A stretch of DNA of 64,000 nt from Candidatus Kapaibacterium sp. (GCA_044345485.1 JBIJAX010000005.1:1985-65984), one strand, 5' to 3'. Positions 36,140 through 46,323 are shown, counted from the stretch's first letter. Notes: generated by a model from the letters alone, not told the origin. Made by a program: numbers and translations.

Positions 36140-37512
36140 TGCCGTCTGAACTTGGATTGCCGTTTGTTCTTCTTCTGTATACGTTTATTGGCTTGTCAAT
36201 CTTGGGGGCGTGTGCTTTTCGCTCAACGAGAACGATCACGGTGCTTCTAGCGCTGTTTGCAGGCATGTTTGTTCATTCTGTGCTCTTTTTTGCTTGCGAC
36301 CTGATTGGGGTGCCGCTTACGGCAACCAGTATGTTTATGTCGGTGATCGCGGGCGTAGTGCTGTCGCTGCCACTATGGAAGACAACCCGTAAATTATTTG
36401 AGCATCTGCGGACCCCGTCAACAAACAATCTGCGCTTGTACGACGTGCCGGTGATTGGGCTTTCGGGGTATATATTTTACATGATACTGTGGGCAAGTTG
36501 GTATTGGCCTGTAACGCCATTCGATGCAATGGCTGGTATCGATCTGGTTGCGAAGTATGTGGTGACAGACCACACGATTGTTAATCGTGTTTTTACCGAC
36601 CAGTCGTTGCAAGGGCAGCTTTCCAACCAGCCGTTCTATGCGCCTTTTGTAATGCTCATGCAGTCCATCATGAAGCTCATTGGCTTTACACACAATCAGG
36701 TCTGGATAGGTATCGTCTCTGTGGCCTTTTCGATCTTCGTATGGGCTGCGTTGCGTCAACTCATGCACCCGTTTATGGCGGCTATCCTGTATCTGTTCTA
36801 TCTGTTGACGCCGGAAATGTTTGGCTACACTTATCTATTGCAGACGGATTACGTTAATGCAGTATTCATGACTATAGGTGTGTATGTTGTTTGGCAGGGG
36901 GCTGAACAGCGAAATGCAGCGATGGTGTCTGCAAGCATGATCTTCTTTGCAGCTGCCTGCTGGTCGAGAACAGAGACAATTCTTCTTGTAGTGATCGGGC
37001 TGACATCGATGTTCCCCCACATCAGGAACGCTTTTGAAGTACGTAAGGCACTTCGCTTCTTGGTAGGAACTGCGGCACTTAGTGCGGTTGTGTTTGCTCT
37101 CTGGCATGTCGTGTACTTTAAAGCATACTTCCCAGCTCCGCCTACAACAGCTGATCAGCTAACTGGTTTTGATGCAAGTCGATTCCTGGACGTGGTTTCT
37201 AGCACATGGACGGCTGTTATTTCCAGAGTTGACTACTGGGGTGTAATTGTCTGGTTGTTTATCATCGTCATCACGGTCAATGCTGTTCTCTATCGTCGAC
37301 TTGCATCGACGGTGCTTCTGCTGTGGATCGGCGCTATCCTGCTTGGTCTATGGATTGCAGGCACAGTGTTTAGCGCTGCTGTTGTTGAACAGACACTCCG
37401 CCGTGGCATGTTTAAGCTTATTCCGCTGCTAGTATTTGCTATTGCCTCAACTGAGTTGGTAACTTCGGTTTCGAACCGTCTGACTCACTGGGAACTTAAG
37501 CGCTCTACTTGA
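36136..37512 (+). CDS. Polytopic integral membrane protein (458 aa), possibly a GT-C-fold (ArnT/PMT-like) glycosyltransferase
   Basis: At least 10 hydrophobic helices along the whole length. The size and topology resemble GT39/GT83-type enzymes. I could not identify a diagnostic catalytic motif. Confidence 0.45.
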   Translation: MMPSELGLPFVLLLYTFIGLSILGACAFRSTRTITVLLALFAGMFVHSVLFFACDLIGVPLTATSMFMSVIAGVVLSLPLWKTTRKLFEHLRTPSTNNLRLYDVPVIGLSGYIFYMILWASWYWPVTPFDAMAGIDLVAKYVVTDHTIVNRVFTDQSLQGQLSNQPFYAPFVMLMQSIMKLIGFTHNQVWIGIVSVAFSIFVWAALRQLMHPFMAAILYLFYLLTPEMFGYTYLLQTDYVNAVFMTIGVYVVWQGAEQRNAAMVSASMIFFAAACWSRTETILLVVIGLTSMFPHIRNAFEVRKALRFLVGTAALSAVVFALWHVVYFKAYFPAPPTTADQLTGFDASRFLDVVSSTWTAVISRVDYWGVIVWLFIIVITVNAVLYRRLASTVLLLWIGAILLGLWIAGTVFSAAVVEQTLRRGMFKLIPLLVFAIASTELVTSVSNRLTHWELKRST

Positions 37513-37519
37513 GGCATTC

Positions 37520-38362
37520 ATGGAAAAACTGCTGTACATCGTCATTGGAAGCGGCGCAACACTGCTTGTGTTGATGTTGAGTAGTTCTGTGATTTCTCGA
37601 TTATTCGTTGCACGTTCCAAGCGCAAACTCATCAGGACGATCAGTAGTGATAAGCTTCCGGCATTTTCTACTGAAGGAATACGAGGTCTTCCGGCGCCGG
37701 TGCAACGGTATCTGCATCATGTGCTCAAAGATGGGCAGCAAGTACTTCGATATGCAGAGCTGAAGCAGAAGGCTACGTTTCGTCATCGTCCCACTAGTCC
37801 TTGGTTTAAGGTTACTGCCAATGAAGTGATCTCGGGTATGGAGCCTGGCTGGGTGTGGGATGCAATGCTCGTGCACAATGCTGCATGGTGGCGCACCGCT
37901 AAACTCAGCTATGTGCAAGGGGCCGCGCACGGTCATATCAAATTGTACGGCGCGTTTACGTTGCAGGAGTTTGAAGGACCAGAAACAGACGCATCAATGC
38001 TGTTCCGTCTACTCAGTGAGTTAGTGTGGATTCCAACGGCATTCTTGCCAACAAAAACGCTTCGGTGGGAGTCTGTGGACGATTCAACGGCGCGTGCGAC
38101 GATAACGGATGGTCAAACTCGCGTGAGTGCACATTTCCACTTCAATGAACGCAATGAGATAGATCGCATTGTTACTACCGACAAGTATCGCGACCACAAA
38201 AGTGGCTTTGAGCAGGCGCAGTTCACCATGCTCTGCTCGCAGTACAGAGAATTTGAAGGCGTGAAGATTCCCACGCAGGTAGATTTTATCTGGAATCTAC
38301 AGTCTGGCGACTTTGACTACGGACACTTTACGCTAACCTCAGTCGCGTATCATTACAATTGA
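37520..38362 (+). CDS. Hypothetical protein with N-terminal TM anchor (possibly DUF6544-like)
   Basis: N-terminal helix (…LLYIVIGSGATLLVLMLSSSVI…). The …LPAPVQRYLHHVL… motif recalls an uncharacterised bacterial family. This is recollection only. Confidence 0.45.
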   Translation: MEKLLYIVIGSGATLLVLMLSSSVISRLFVARSKRKLIRTISSDKLPAFSTEGIRGLPAPVQRYLHHVLKDGQQVLRYAELKQKATFRHRPTSPWFKVTANEVISGMEPGWVWDAMLVHNAAWWRTAKLSYVQGAAHGHIKLYGAFTLQEFEGPETDASMLFRLLSELVWIPTAFLPTKTLRWESVDDSTARATITDGQTRVSAHFHFNERNEIDRIVTTDKYRDHKSGFEQAQFTMLCSQYREFEGVKIPTQVDFIWNLQSGDFDYGHFTLTSVAYHYN

Positions 38363-39280
38363 TCAGCGCTGCAAGCGCCGAGATTCAAAATAGGCTGACG
38401 GAACGGCAAGTAGTTTTGATAAGGTGCTGGTGCTTGCGCGTCCAGCAAACACATTGTGGTTCATCGCCTCTACCCGACGCAAAATCTTTTGATAGTTTCT
38501 ACTCATCAACAAAACGGTGAGCATGCTGTCGTGGTTGAGCATGGAAATTCCCTTGTCGGCAGATGTATAGAACGCATCTGCTCGTCGAATGTACTCAATG
38601 ATCAATGATCGAAACTGGGGAGTTAGTCGATGATCAAGTACGTCCTGCTCGGAGACACCGAATGTAGCAAGGTCTTCCTGGGCAATGTAGATGCGTCCTC
38701 GCACGGCATCTTCTTTAACGTCACGAATGATGTTTGTGAGCTGCATCGCAATACCGAGATCTATAGCATGCGTAAGTGCGTTCTCGGAATTGTAGCCAAA
38801 GATTTCACTCGTCATTAATCCAACGACTGATGCAACCTTGTAACAGTAATCCTTGAGATCCTCAAACGTAGCAAATCGGGTGATCGTTGTGTCCATCAAC
38901 ACTCCCTCGATCAATTCATTCGGCAGATTTCGAGGAATGTGATAGTGCTGTAACGTGTGTTCCCAGGCTCGAAGTACGTGAACCCTGTCGCGATAGGCTG
39001 GATCCGTATCGTTTCGTTGACCTGCCCCCTCATAGAGCGATGCTACATCGGACCTCCAGTGTTCAACGAGACGAACAGCATCTTCGCGTGTAACGGTACC
39101 TTGCTCCATTGCAACATCAACAAGGTCATCTACGTACCTACAGAATGCGTAGACCGCATAGCAGGCATCGCGTTTGGTGCTTGGAATAAAGTGCGAGGCA
39201 GCGTAAAACGTTTTTGCATGGGTCTTTGTGACCAATCTGCATACCGCGTAGGCCTCTTCGATGGTTAGTTCTTCGCTCAC
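38363..39280 (-). CDS. crtB: Phytoene/squalene synthase family protein (phytoene synthase-like)
   Basis: …KTFYAASHFIPSTKRDACYAVYAFCRYVDDLVD… (first Asp-rich motif) and …LTNIIRDVKEDAVRGRIY… (second motif). GTG start at 39280. Confidence 0.82.
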   Translation of the reverse strand: MSEELTIEEAYAVCRLVTKTHAKTFYAASHFIPSTKRDACYAVYAFCRYVDDLVDVAMEQGTVTREDAVRLVEHWRSDVASLYEGAGQRNDTDPAYRDRVHVLRAWEHTLQHYHIPRNLPNELIEGVLMDTTITRFATFEDLKDYCYKVASVVGLMTSEIFGYNSENALTHAIDLGIAMQLTNIIRDVKEDAVRGRIYIAQEDLATFGVSEQDVLDHRLTPQFRSLIIEYIRRADAFYTSADKGISMLNHDSMLTVLLMSRNYQKILRRVEAMNHNVFAGRASTSTLSKLLAVPSAYFESRRLQR

Positions 39281-39331
39281 ACCCTAAACATTCCTAGCTT
39301 TGATGACGTAATACAGAAAGTCACGGAAAGC

Positions 39332-40678
39332 ATGAAAATACGCACGCTCTATCGCTGTTCAACATGTGGCCACGCAACACCGAAGTGGGTGGGCAAGTGT
39401 CCTGGCTGCGGCGCATGGGAATCCATGGTGGAGGAAGTAGAGCAAACGGCGTCAAAAAAGAGATCCTCGCAAGTAGGACCGCTCCATGCTCAGCGCCTTC
39501 ATACTGTTTCACACGAGGGGACGTTGCGTATTGCGACAGGCATGGCCGAGTTAGATCGGGTGGTAGGGGGCGGCATAGTTCCTGGCAGTGTTGTGTTGGT
39601 CGGCGGAGACCCCGGCATGGGGAAGAGTACACTCATGTTGCAGGTTGCATCGAATATATCGAGGTTGGTGCCGCAAGCCCCCTGCCTCTATGTCACTGGT
39701 GAAGAAAGTCTGTTCCAGTTACGTCAGCGAGCTGAACGTCTTAGCGTGCAGATGGAAAACATCGTCGTTGCCTCCGAGACAAATGTCGAGCGCATCACTG
39801 CGATGATAGCTGCAGAGCAGCCATCGTTTGTGATCATCGACTCTGTGCAGACAGTTACTTCGGACATGCTTGAATCATCTGCGGGAAGTGTAGCACAGGT
39901 GCGCGAGTGCACGGCGCTGCTTACCAAGGTTGCAAAGGCATCAGGCATTCCGCTCTTTATCATTGGCCATGTAACCAAGGATGGAATGATCGCCGGGCCA
40001 AAGGTATTGGAGCACATGGTTGATGCGGTGCTACAGTTCGAGGGCGATGGAATGTATTCGTATAGAGTACTGCGTGCCTTGAAGAACCGCTATGGTTCTA
40101 CGAATGAGCTTGGTGTATTCGATATGCGATCAGACGGACTCCATGAAGTACGAAATCCTAGCGAAGTGCTTCTTTCTCAACGAAGCATGCATGAATCGGG
40201 TACAGCAGTAGTCGCGGTCATGGAAGGAACACGCCCCTTGCTTCTTGAAGTTCAGGCACTCGTTTCTCCCACCGGATATAGTCAGCCGCAGAGAGTAAGC
40301 ACTGGGTACGATGCGAAGAGACTGCAGATGATTTTAGCTGTACTTGAAAAGCGTGGGGGCATACAGGTGCGGCAGAGCGATGTATTTGTGAACGTAGCAG
40401 GTGGGATAGCAGTGCAGGATCCGGCTATTGATCTTGGAGTTGCGGTCGCAGTTGTTAGCAGTGTTGTAGATCGTGCCGTACCGCAGAAGGTTGCCTTCGT
40501 TGGCGAACTAGGATTAACTGGGGAGATTCGACGGGTTGCATATCTTGACCAGCGACTTACGGAAGCGGGCAGATTGGGATTAGAGACAGTCTATGCAGCT
40601 CCTGACAGTAGTGTGAGTTCGAGGGTTCTTCGTGGTGCAGAACGATTGTCGGTTGTGATAAGCGAATTGTTCCGTTGA
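39332..40678 (+). CDS. radA: DNA repair protein RadA/Sms
   Basis: Zn finger CSTCGHATPKWVGKCPGCGAW, Walker A GDPGMGKST, RadA motif LKNRYGSTNE, and a Lon-protease-like C-terminal domain. Confidence 0.92.
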   Translation: MKIRTLYRCSTCGHATPKWVGKCPGCGAWESMVEEVEQTASKKRSSQVGPLHAQRLHTVSHEGTLRIATGMAELDRVVGGGIVPGSVVLVGGDPGMGKSTLMLQVASNISRLVPQAPCLYVTGEESLFQLRQRAERLSVQMENIVVASETNVERITAMIAAEQPSFVIIDSVQTVTSDMLESSAGSVAQVRECTALLTKVAKASGIPLFIIGHVTKDGMIAGPKVLEHMVDAVLQFEGDGMYSYRVLRALKNRYGSTNELGVFDMRSDGLHEVRNPSEVLLSQRSMHESGTAVVAVMEGTRPLLLEVQALVSPTGYSQPQRVSTGYDAKRLQMILAVLEKRGGIQVRQSDVFVNVAGGIAVQDPAIDLGVAVAVVSSVVDRAVPQKVAFVGELGLTGEIRRVAYLDQRLTEAGRLGLETVYAAPDSSVSSRVLRGAERLSVVISELFR

Positions 40679-40726
40679 ACGGCAAGTCTGTATCTTGCGG
40701 CCATTCCAAAGGCATAGACAGCACGA

Positions 40727-41851
40727 ATGTTCGAGAAGGAAATAGAGCGGGTTCGCAAGCAGCTTGAGCAGCAGCTCGAGACGCGTCAGCCGTATACGTC
40801 CCTGTCGGCTATTCTAGCCAATCAGGAAATCCATCCTGCCTACAGGGCATTTTTCAGTGCTGAAGTCCAATGGTGGCTCCATGAGGAGCGTGCAATCCGG
40901 GCTTCGAACCCACGTTTTGATATCAGTGTACCCCAGATACAGCAGTCGCTAGCCTTGCTTGATGACTTGTATCTGCAGAGCGCTCGTTTTGATCACGAAG
41001 AGCTGTTGTCGACGATCGAAGCCGCAACCAAGACACGGTTCAACTTCTTATGCCGACCACGAACCACATTGAAATGGTTCGTATTTCGTGGGGAACCCAC
41101 AAAGCCTCTCTACGAAATCCTTTTACGGTTGAGCTATCTCAGCGATCATGACTATTTGCTCAGTGGGATTCGTTCTTGGGCCGAAGGCAGAGGCGATGTA
41201 TCGGCCAATGAAATCTTAAGTGTTATCGAGTTTGAGCGCATCATTGAAAAAATCGACAATGATGCCATTCTTGATTTGTCGCAAGAAGAGTTTGTTCAGT
41301 TATTGGAGCCGATGTATCAGTTCTTTGCTGATGTACATCCGGAGTTGCCCCCTGAAACAGTTCCAACAGAAGCCGTGATCATTTTCCTTGATGACAAGGG
41401 TGCTGTTCCGCTTTCTCAGGCACTGGAGCGAATGCTCTATCGTGAAGAACTTCGAGCGCTTACCCGCAAGAAGTTCGTGGATGTTATTGATGCGGTTATT
41501 GCAACAATTGACGAAGCTGCATCTGAGTCCCCTGCGGAAGTCTTTACGCAGGCAACCATGCCTATCCATGTAGAACAACCCATTATGCAGCAGGATGAAG
41601 GCGATGTGCTGCAACGACGCAGAGAAAAACTTGCATCGCTTCTAGATGAAGAGTCCCGAAGCAAGGTATTGCGAAAGATCTTTGATAACGATGCTGGTCG
41701 CTATGATGAGCTCGTTCGAGAGGTATTGCTTTGTCCTTCCTGGAAAGAAGCCGCCGGAGTTGTAGATAGATTTTTCGCTAAAAACGGAACTCATCCCGAT
41801 AGCGCTGTGGCGATGGAGTTTGCACAAGCGCTGCATAGGAGTATTGCATGA
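40727..41851 (+). CDS. Hypothetical protein (374 aa), predicted soluble and helical
   Basis: Clean ORF with an ATG start. It overlaps obg by ATGA. No family recognised. Confidence 0.5.
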   Translation: MFEKEIERVRKQLEQQLETRQPYTSLSAILANQEIHPAYRAFFSAEVQWWLHEERAIRASNPRFDISVPQIQQSLALLDDLYLQSARFDHEELLSTIEAATKTRFNFLCRPRTTLKWFVFRGEPTKPLYEILLRLSYLSDHDYLLSGIRSWAEGRGDVSANEILSVIEFERIIEKIDNDAILDLSQEEFVQLLEPMYQFFADVHPELPPETVPTEAVIIFLDDKGAVPLSQALERMLYREELRALTRKKFVDVIDAVIATIDEAASESPAEVFTQATMPIHVEQPIMQQDEGDVLQRRREKLASLLDEESRSKVLRKIFDNDAGRYDELVREVLLCPSWKEAAGVVDRFFAKNGTHPDSAVAMEFAQALHRSIA

Positions 41852-42855
41852 ACTTCATCGACACGGCCTGGATTTACGTGAAGGCCGGAGATGGTGGTGC
41901 CGGTCATATTTCATTTCGCAGAGAAAAGTACGTTCCCAAAGGGGGGCCGGACGGCGGCAACGGAGGTAATGGCGGCAATGTGATTGTTCGAGCAGAACGC
42001 CAGCTTGGTACGCTGTTGGATTTTACCTACAAACGCCACTATACAGCCGATAATGGTGCGCATGGAGGTAAAAGCAACTGCACGGGTCGAAGCGGAGATG
42101 ATATCGTGATATCTGTCCCGGTGGGTACCGTTGTGCGGGACCGCGACACCGGGGAGCAAATCGCTGATCTCACAGAGCATGCCGAAGAATTTGTTGTGGC
42201 ACGTGGCGGACGAGGTGGAAGGGGCAACTCTGAGTTTGTTACCTCGGTAAACCAAGCTCCCCGGCAAGCAGATCCCGGCACTCCGGGTGAAGAATGCACG
42301 CTCGAGTTTGAGTTAAAGCTTTTGGCCGATGTTGGACTTGTCGGCTTTCCAAATGCGGGCAAGAGCACACTTATCTCCACAATTTCAGCCGCCAAGCCAA
42401 AGATTGCCGACTACCCGTTTACAACACTTGTGCCTAATCTTGGACTGGTTCGTGTTGGAGAGTACCGTAGTTTTACGGTAGCCGACATACCCGGACTGAT
42501 TGAAGGGGCTCATGAAGGCAAGGGTCTGGGAACTCAGTTCCTACGACACATTGAGCGGACGGCCGTGCTGCTCTTCTTGATTGATGCACAGTCTCTGGAT
42601 CCGCAACACGACCTCGATGTCTTGCGGGCCGAGCTTGGGTCGCATTCTCCGCATCTCCTTGAAAAACCATGGCTTGTGCGAATCACCAAGGGCGACATTC
42701 TGGGCCCGGATCTCATAGGCGAGATTGAACACAGCCCCTTCGCTGGCAGTAATAACGCCTCCGTGATCTCGGCGGTATCGGGTCTTGGTGTCAAGGAACT
42801 TGTAGAAGAATTGTGGAAGTACGTAGCCCAAATGCGAACTTCTGGTGCATCGTGA
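41848..42855 (+). CDS. obg: GTPase Obg/CgtA
   Basis: Gly-rich Obg fold (…GDGGAGHISFRREKYVPKGGPDGGNGGNGGNV…). G1 GFPNAGKST, G3 DIPGLIEGA, and a TKGD variant of G4. Confidence 0.92.
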   Translation: MNFIDTAWIYVKAGDGGAGHISFRREKYVPKGGPDGGNGGNGGNVIVRAERQLGTLLDFTYKRHYTADNGAHGGKSNCTGRSGDDIVISVPVGTVVRDRDTGEQIADLTEHAEEFVVARGGRGGRGNSEFVTSVNQAPRQADPGTPGEECTLEFELKLLADVGLVGFPNAGKSTLISTISAAKPKIADYPFTTLVPNLGLVRVGEYRSFTVADIPGLIEGAHEGKGLGTQFLRHIERTAVLLFLIDAQSLDPQHDLDVLRAELGSHSPHLLEKPWLVRITKGDILGPDLIGEIEHSPFAGSNNASVISAVSGLGVKELVEELWKYVAQMRTSGAS

Positions 42856-43085
42856 TTTTTTGGCACGTTGCTTGATTGGCAATTCAATGTTGAAAAGTAC
42901 GTGCCTTAGGATTGTACTAGCCGCCGAATTCTCAGTATGTAGGTTTGGCAGATAGCCTTTGGTGCCATATTTTCGCATGTATGCGCAGAATGCCCCTTGG
43001 GGCTGCTGTGTCTTTGTACGGCAGTGATTAGAAATCGACGAAAAACATGAATAACAATATTTCAACGTTTCATTTGGAGGATCGT

Positions 43086-46000
43086 ATGAATCGATTCGAT
43101 TCCGCGTTCTCGTCTTCACAACGAAATAGTTCCCCGTGGGTACGTTTCGTCTTGATGGCGTTTCTGTTCACGATCGGCACGCTGTCATTTGCTACAGCTC
43201 AGTCGATCAACCGTGCTTCGCCAGCGGGCAATGTCAACCAGGCATGCGAAGGTCAGCAGATCACATACAACACTGAAAATCTCGGTGTTGGCGGTGGTGT
43301 ATCGTACACATGGACAGTAGTTGGAGGCTTCTTCGTTACTGGAAATGGCACGCCATCGATCACTGTGCAGTGGCAGAACCAAGGCAACCAATCGTTGACA
43401 ATCACACGCGACAATTTTGGAACAGTAACGGGCACAACGATTAACGTAGCTGTGAGCCGCACTCCAACTCCTGCTGTTGGTGGACCAAACGTTGTGTGCA
43501 TCAACACTGAGCACACATATTCTACACCGGCTGTTCCAGGTAGCAACTACGTGTGGAGCATCACACCACTTGCAAACTGGGTGAACATTGGTGGTGCACC
43601 TCCTGGATCGAACTTCATCAATGTTCGTTGGATCCAAACAGGAAACGCAACAGTGTCTGTAACGGAAACAGCCATCGGTGGCGTATGTAGCGCAACAGCA
43701 TCGGCAACTGTTATCGTCAATCCGGTTCCAACGCCAAACGTACAGTCAACAACAGGACATGGCAATCCAACAACACGCCGTCCTGGCATCGTATGTGCCA
43801 ACTCAACACACACGTATACAGTAGGTGCAACACCTGGTAACGTGTTCCAGTGGACTGTAACAGGTGGTTCGATTCTTTCTGGTCAGAACACAAGCGCCAT
43901 CACTGTTCAGTGGGGAACTGCTGGTGTTGGTACCGTATCATGCCGTGAGTCTGTCCCAGGATCAGCATGCATCACAACGGATGTAGATTCCATCAACATT
44001 CGTAGCACTCCTGTCCCAGTTATCACTGGAAACACGAGCCCATGCTCAAATCTTACACATGACTACACAACACCATTAGTAACAGGCAATTCTTACAGCT
44101 GGGTTGTTACAGGTGGTACGTCCACACAAGTTGCAGCAAACACAGTTCGTGTTACATGGACAGCGCCAATTTGGCCAAACGCAAACACGGGATCTGTGCA
44201 GGTAACAGAGAACGTAGTTGACGTTCTGCCTGCCACATGTAATGCGGCAGTGGCCACATCGGTCAACGTTCGTCCAGTTCCTCCTACGCCAGTTATCACA
44301 GGGCCATCGTCTGTTTGTGCAACTGATCTTACAGACAGTCCAGCTACGAACAATACGATCACGTATACAAGCAGCATCCCAACGCAGACAGCTAGCTCTG
44401 GTACTATTTCGTACGCATGGACAGTAACTGGTGGTGCGATCATTGGTGCGTCGAACGGCTCATCAATCAATGTTCAGTGGAGCAATTCAGGTAGCAATCC
44501 GGTAACTGGAACTATCTCCCTAAGGCACACTTCAAGCTTCGGCTGCGAAAGCACCGGAACGCTTAACGTTGTTGTAAACCCACTCCCAGATCCTAAGGTA
44601 GTTGGTGCAGCAGTAGCATGCCAGAACACAGTTGAGAACTACAGCACAGTAGGCGTTGCAGGTAATTCATACAACTGGACGATCACAGGTGGTAATTTCA
44701 TCCGTGCTGGTCAAGGCACTCCAAATGTTGCTGTAGAATGGACACTTCCAGGTTCGGCAACACTTACAGTTGCAGAGACAAACAGCTTTGGCTGCACAGT
44801 TCTCAACGCGATGAGCATCACAGTAAATGCCCTTCCAAGCGCAACACTCAGCGTTTCTGGCCCAACAACCTTCTGCCCAACAGGCGATATCACAATCTGC
44901 GCTCCTATCGGCTTCACGAAGTACGTATGGAACACAGGCGAAACAGCACGCTGTATCGTAGCTCGCACTTCTGGACAGTACTGGTGCATCGTTACAAACA
45001 CAAATGGTTGCTCAGACACATCAAGCATCGTTACGCTGAATGTACTAACAGGTCCTCAGCCAACTATTGCTCTTAGTGGCCCAACAACGTTCTGTGATGG
45101 TGGAAGTGTTGTTCTTACAGCACCAACTGGCTTCAATGCTTATCGCTGGTCAACAGGTGAGACTACACAATCAATCACAGCTACAAAGTCTGGTAACTAC
45201 ACAGTAACAGTTGCTGACAACAATGGCTGCACAGGAACATCAGCTGAAGTTGATGTTACTGCAAATCCTGCTCCTACCCCAGAACTTACAGTTACGGGTA
45301 ATGTTAACTTCTGCGCTGGCGACAGTGTTGTAATCACGGCACCAGCTGGTTATGCATCATATGCATGGACTTCTACCGCTGGTAACTCATACGGCACAAA
45401 TCGCACGATTGTTATCAAGGCTACCGATACGGTAACGTGTCAAGTTGTTGACATCTTTGGTTGCTCTGGTGTTTCAGCGATTGTAGGCGTCAAGACTCCT
45501 CCAGTTGTTAAGCCAGTAGTTACCGCAGTTGGATCAACAACGTTCTGCACAGGTGGTTCTGTTAAGCTTGTTGCAAATGATGGCTTCAACTCATACGTAT
45601 GGTCAAATGGATCAAATGGTCAGGAAGTTACTGTAGCAGAACCAGGAGACTACTACGTCACAGTTATTGACAAGGCAACAAACTGCCCAGTCGCTTCGAC
45701 TGTAGTAAAGGTTGTTGTGAATGAAACACCTGGCAAGCCAATGATTTCACGCGAAGGTGATGTTCTAACTGCCAAGACAACAGCTACGAATGTTGACGGA
45801 TGGTCATGGAGCCGCAATGGTACTGAGATCGTTGGTGCTGATCAGAATCAGTACAGGGTTTCAATGCCAGGCGTATACACAGCTACTGTAAAGGTTCCTG
45901 GTTGCTCATCAACTTCAGATGAATTCGAAGTTGTGTTCACTGGTGTAAACGAAGACGTTGTTGCTGGCGAAACAGTAATGGCTGTCTATCCAAACCCAAC

Positions 46001-46220
46001 AAGCGGCCGTGCAACCATCTCAACGACACTTGCTCTCACAGGTACAGTGCGTGTTGACATCACAAATGCTCTGGGTGAGCGCGTTCTTTCGGTTAACGAA
46101 GTTGCATCAGGTGCAGCCTTCGGTACATCGATCGACATGACAAATCTCGCTTCTGGTGTGTACAATGTTGCCGTAACATCTGGCAGCAACACATGGGTTG
46201 TTAGCGTAGTTCGTCAGTAA
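43086..46220 (+). CDS. Secreted multi-repeat surface protein (six PKD-like plus four to five Cys-containing Ig-like modules) with T9SS C-terminal sorting domain
   Basis: ATG 43086 has GGAGGA 6 nt upstream. Signal peptide …FVLMAFLFTIGTLSFATAQ. C-terminal …VYPNPTSGRATIS…SGVYNVAVTS… . Confidence 0.8.
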   Translation: MNRFDSAFSSSQRNSSPWVRFVLMAFLFTIGTLSFATAQSINRASPAGNVNQACEGQQITYNTENLGVGGGVSYTWTVVGGFFVTGNGTPSITVQWQNQGNQSLTITRDNFGTVTGTTINVAVSRTPTPAVGGPNVVCINTEHTYSTPAVPGSNYVWSITPLANWVNIGGAPPGSNFINVRWIQTGNATVSVTETAIGGVCSATASATVIVNPVPTPNVQSTTGHGNPTTRRPGIVCANSTHTYTVGATPGNVFQWTVTGGSILSGQNTSAITVQWGTAGVGTVSCRESVPGSACITTDVDSINIRSTPVPVITGNTSPCSNLTHDYTTPLVTGNSYSWVVTGGTSTQVAANTVRVTWTAPIWPNANTGSVQVTENVVDVLPATCNAAVATSVNVRPVPPTPVITGPSSVCATDLTDSPATNNTITYTSSIPTQTASSGTISYAWTVTGGAIIGASNGSSINVQWSNSGSNPVTGTISLRHTSSFGCESTGTLNVVVNPLPDPKVVGAAVACQNTVENYSTVGVAGNSYNWTITGGNFIRAGQGTPNVAVEWTLPGSATLTVAETNSFGCTVLNAMSITVNALPSATLSVSGPTTFCPTGDITICAPIGFTKYVWNTGETARCIVARTSGQYWCIVTNTNGCSDTSSIVTLNVLTGPQPTIALSGPTTFCDGGSVVLTAPTGFNAYRWSTGETTQSITATKSGNYTVTVADNNGCTGTSAEVDVTANPAPTPELTVTGNVNFCAGDSVVITAPAGYASYAWTSTAGNSYGTNRTIVIKATDTVTCQVVDIFGCSGVSAIVGVKTPPVVKPVVTAVGSTTFCTGGSVKLVANDGFNSYVWSNGSNGQEVTVAEPGDYYVTVIDKATNCPVASTVVKVVVNETPGKPMISREGDVLTAKTTATNVDGWSWSRNGTEIVGADQNQYRVSMPGVYTATVKVPGCSSTSDEFEVVFTGVNEDVVAGETVMAVYPNPTSGRATISTTLALTGTVRVDITNALGERVLSVNEVASGAAFGTSIDMTNLASGVYNVAVTSGSNTWVVSVVRQ
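43242..44828 (+). repeat. Six tandem protein-level PKD-like modules (pattern C…Y…Y-W-V-GG…I-V-W…V…E…C…V)
   Basis: Examples: VCINTEHTYSTPAVPGSNYVWSI…, VCANSTHTYTVGATPGNVFQWTVTGGSI…, ACQNTVENYSTVGVAGNSYNWTITGGNF… . The copies have diverged at the DNA level. Confidence 0.7.
44853..45935 (+). repeat. Four tandem ~70-aa Cys-containing Ig-like modules plus one degenerate copy
   Basis: SGPTTFCPTGDITICAPIGFTKYVWNTGET…NGCSDTSSIVTLNV; SGPTTFCDGGSVVLTAPTGFNAYRWSTGET…NGCTGTSAEVDVT; …NFCAGDSVVITAPAGYASYAWTS…; …TTFCTGGSVKLVANDGFNSYVWSNGS… . Confidence 0.75.
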
Positions 46221-46246
46221 GCATGTTATTCCGGGTTTCCGGACAA

Positions 46247-46281
46247 GGGGGCGCACTTCGGTGCGTCCCCTTTTTTATTTT
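46247..46281 (+). terminator. Rho-independent terminator
   Basis: GGGGGCGCAC-TTCG-GTGCGTCCCC (10-bp stem, one G-U, tetraloop) followed by TTTTTTATTTT, 27 nt after the stop at 46220. Confidence 0.8.
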
Positions 46282-46323
46282 GTGCAACAATGAAATGCTA
46301 GGCCGAATCGTCAGACGTACCAC

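Noticed and set aside
42856-43085. Possible small RNA or terminator in the 230-nt gap after obg (GGCACGT-N30-ACGTGCC dyad at about 42861-42904)
   Set aside because: The 7-bp stem encloses a 30-nt loop, the T-run lies on the wrong (5') side, and no promoter-like element is visible. The structure is weak and easily arises by chance.
42541-43119. 192-aa minus-strand ORF spanning the obg 3' end and the 42856-43085 intergenic region
   Set aside because: More than half of it overlaps obg in antisense. The remainder would run through the SD and start of the 43086 gene. It shows no motifs.
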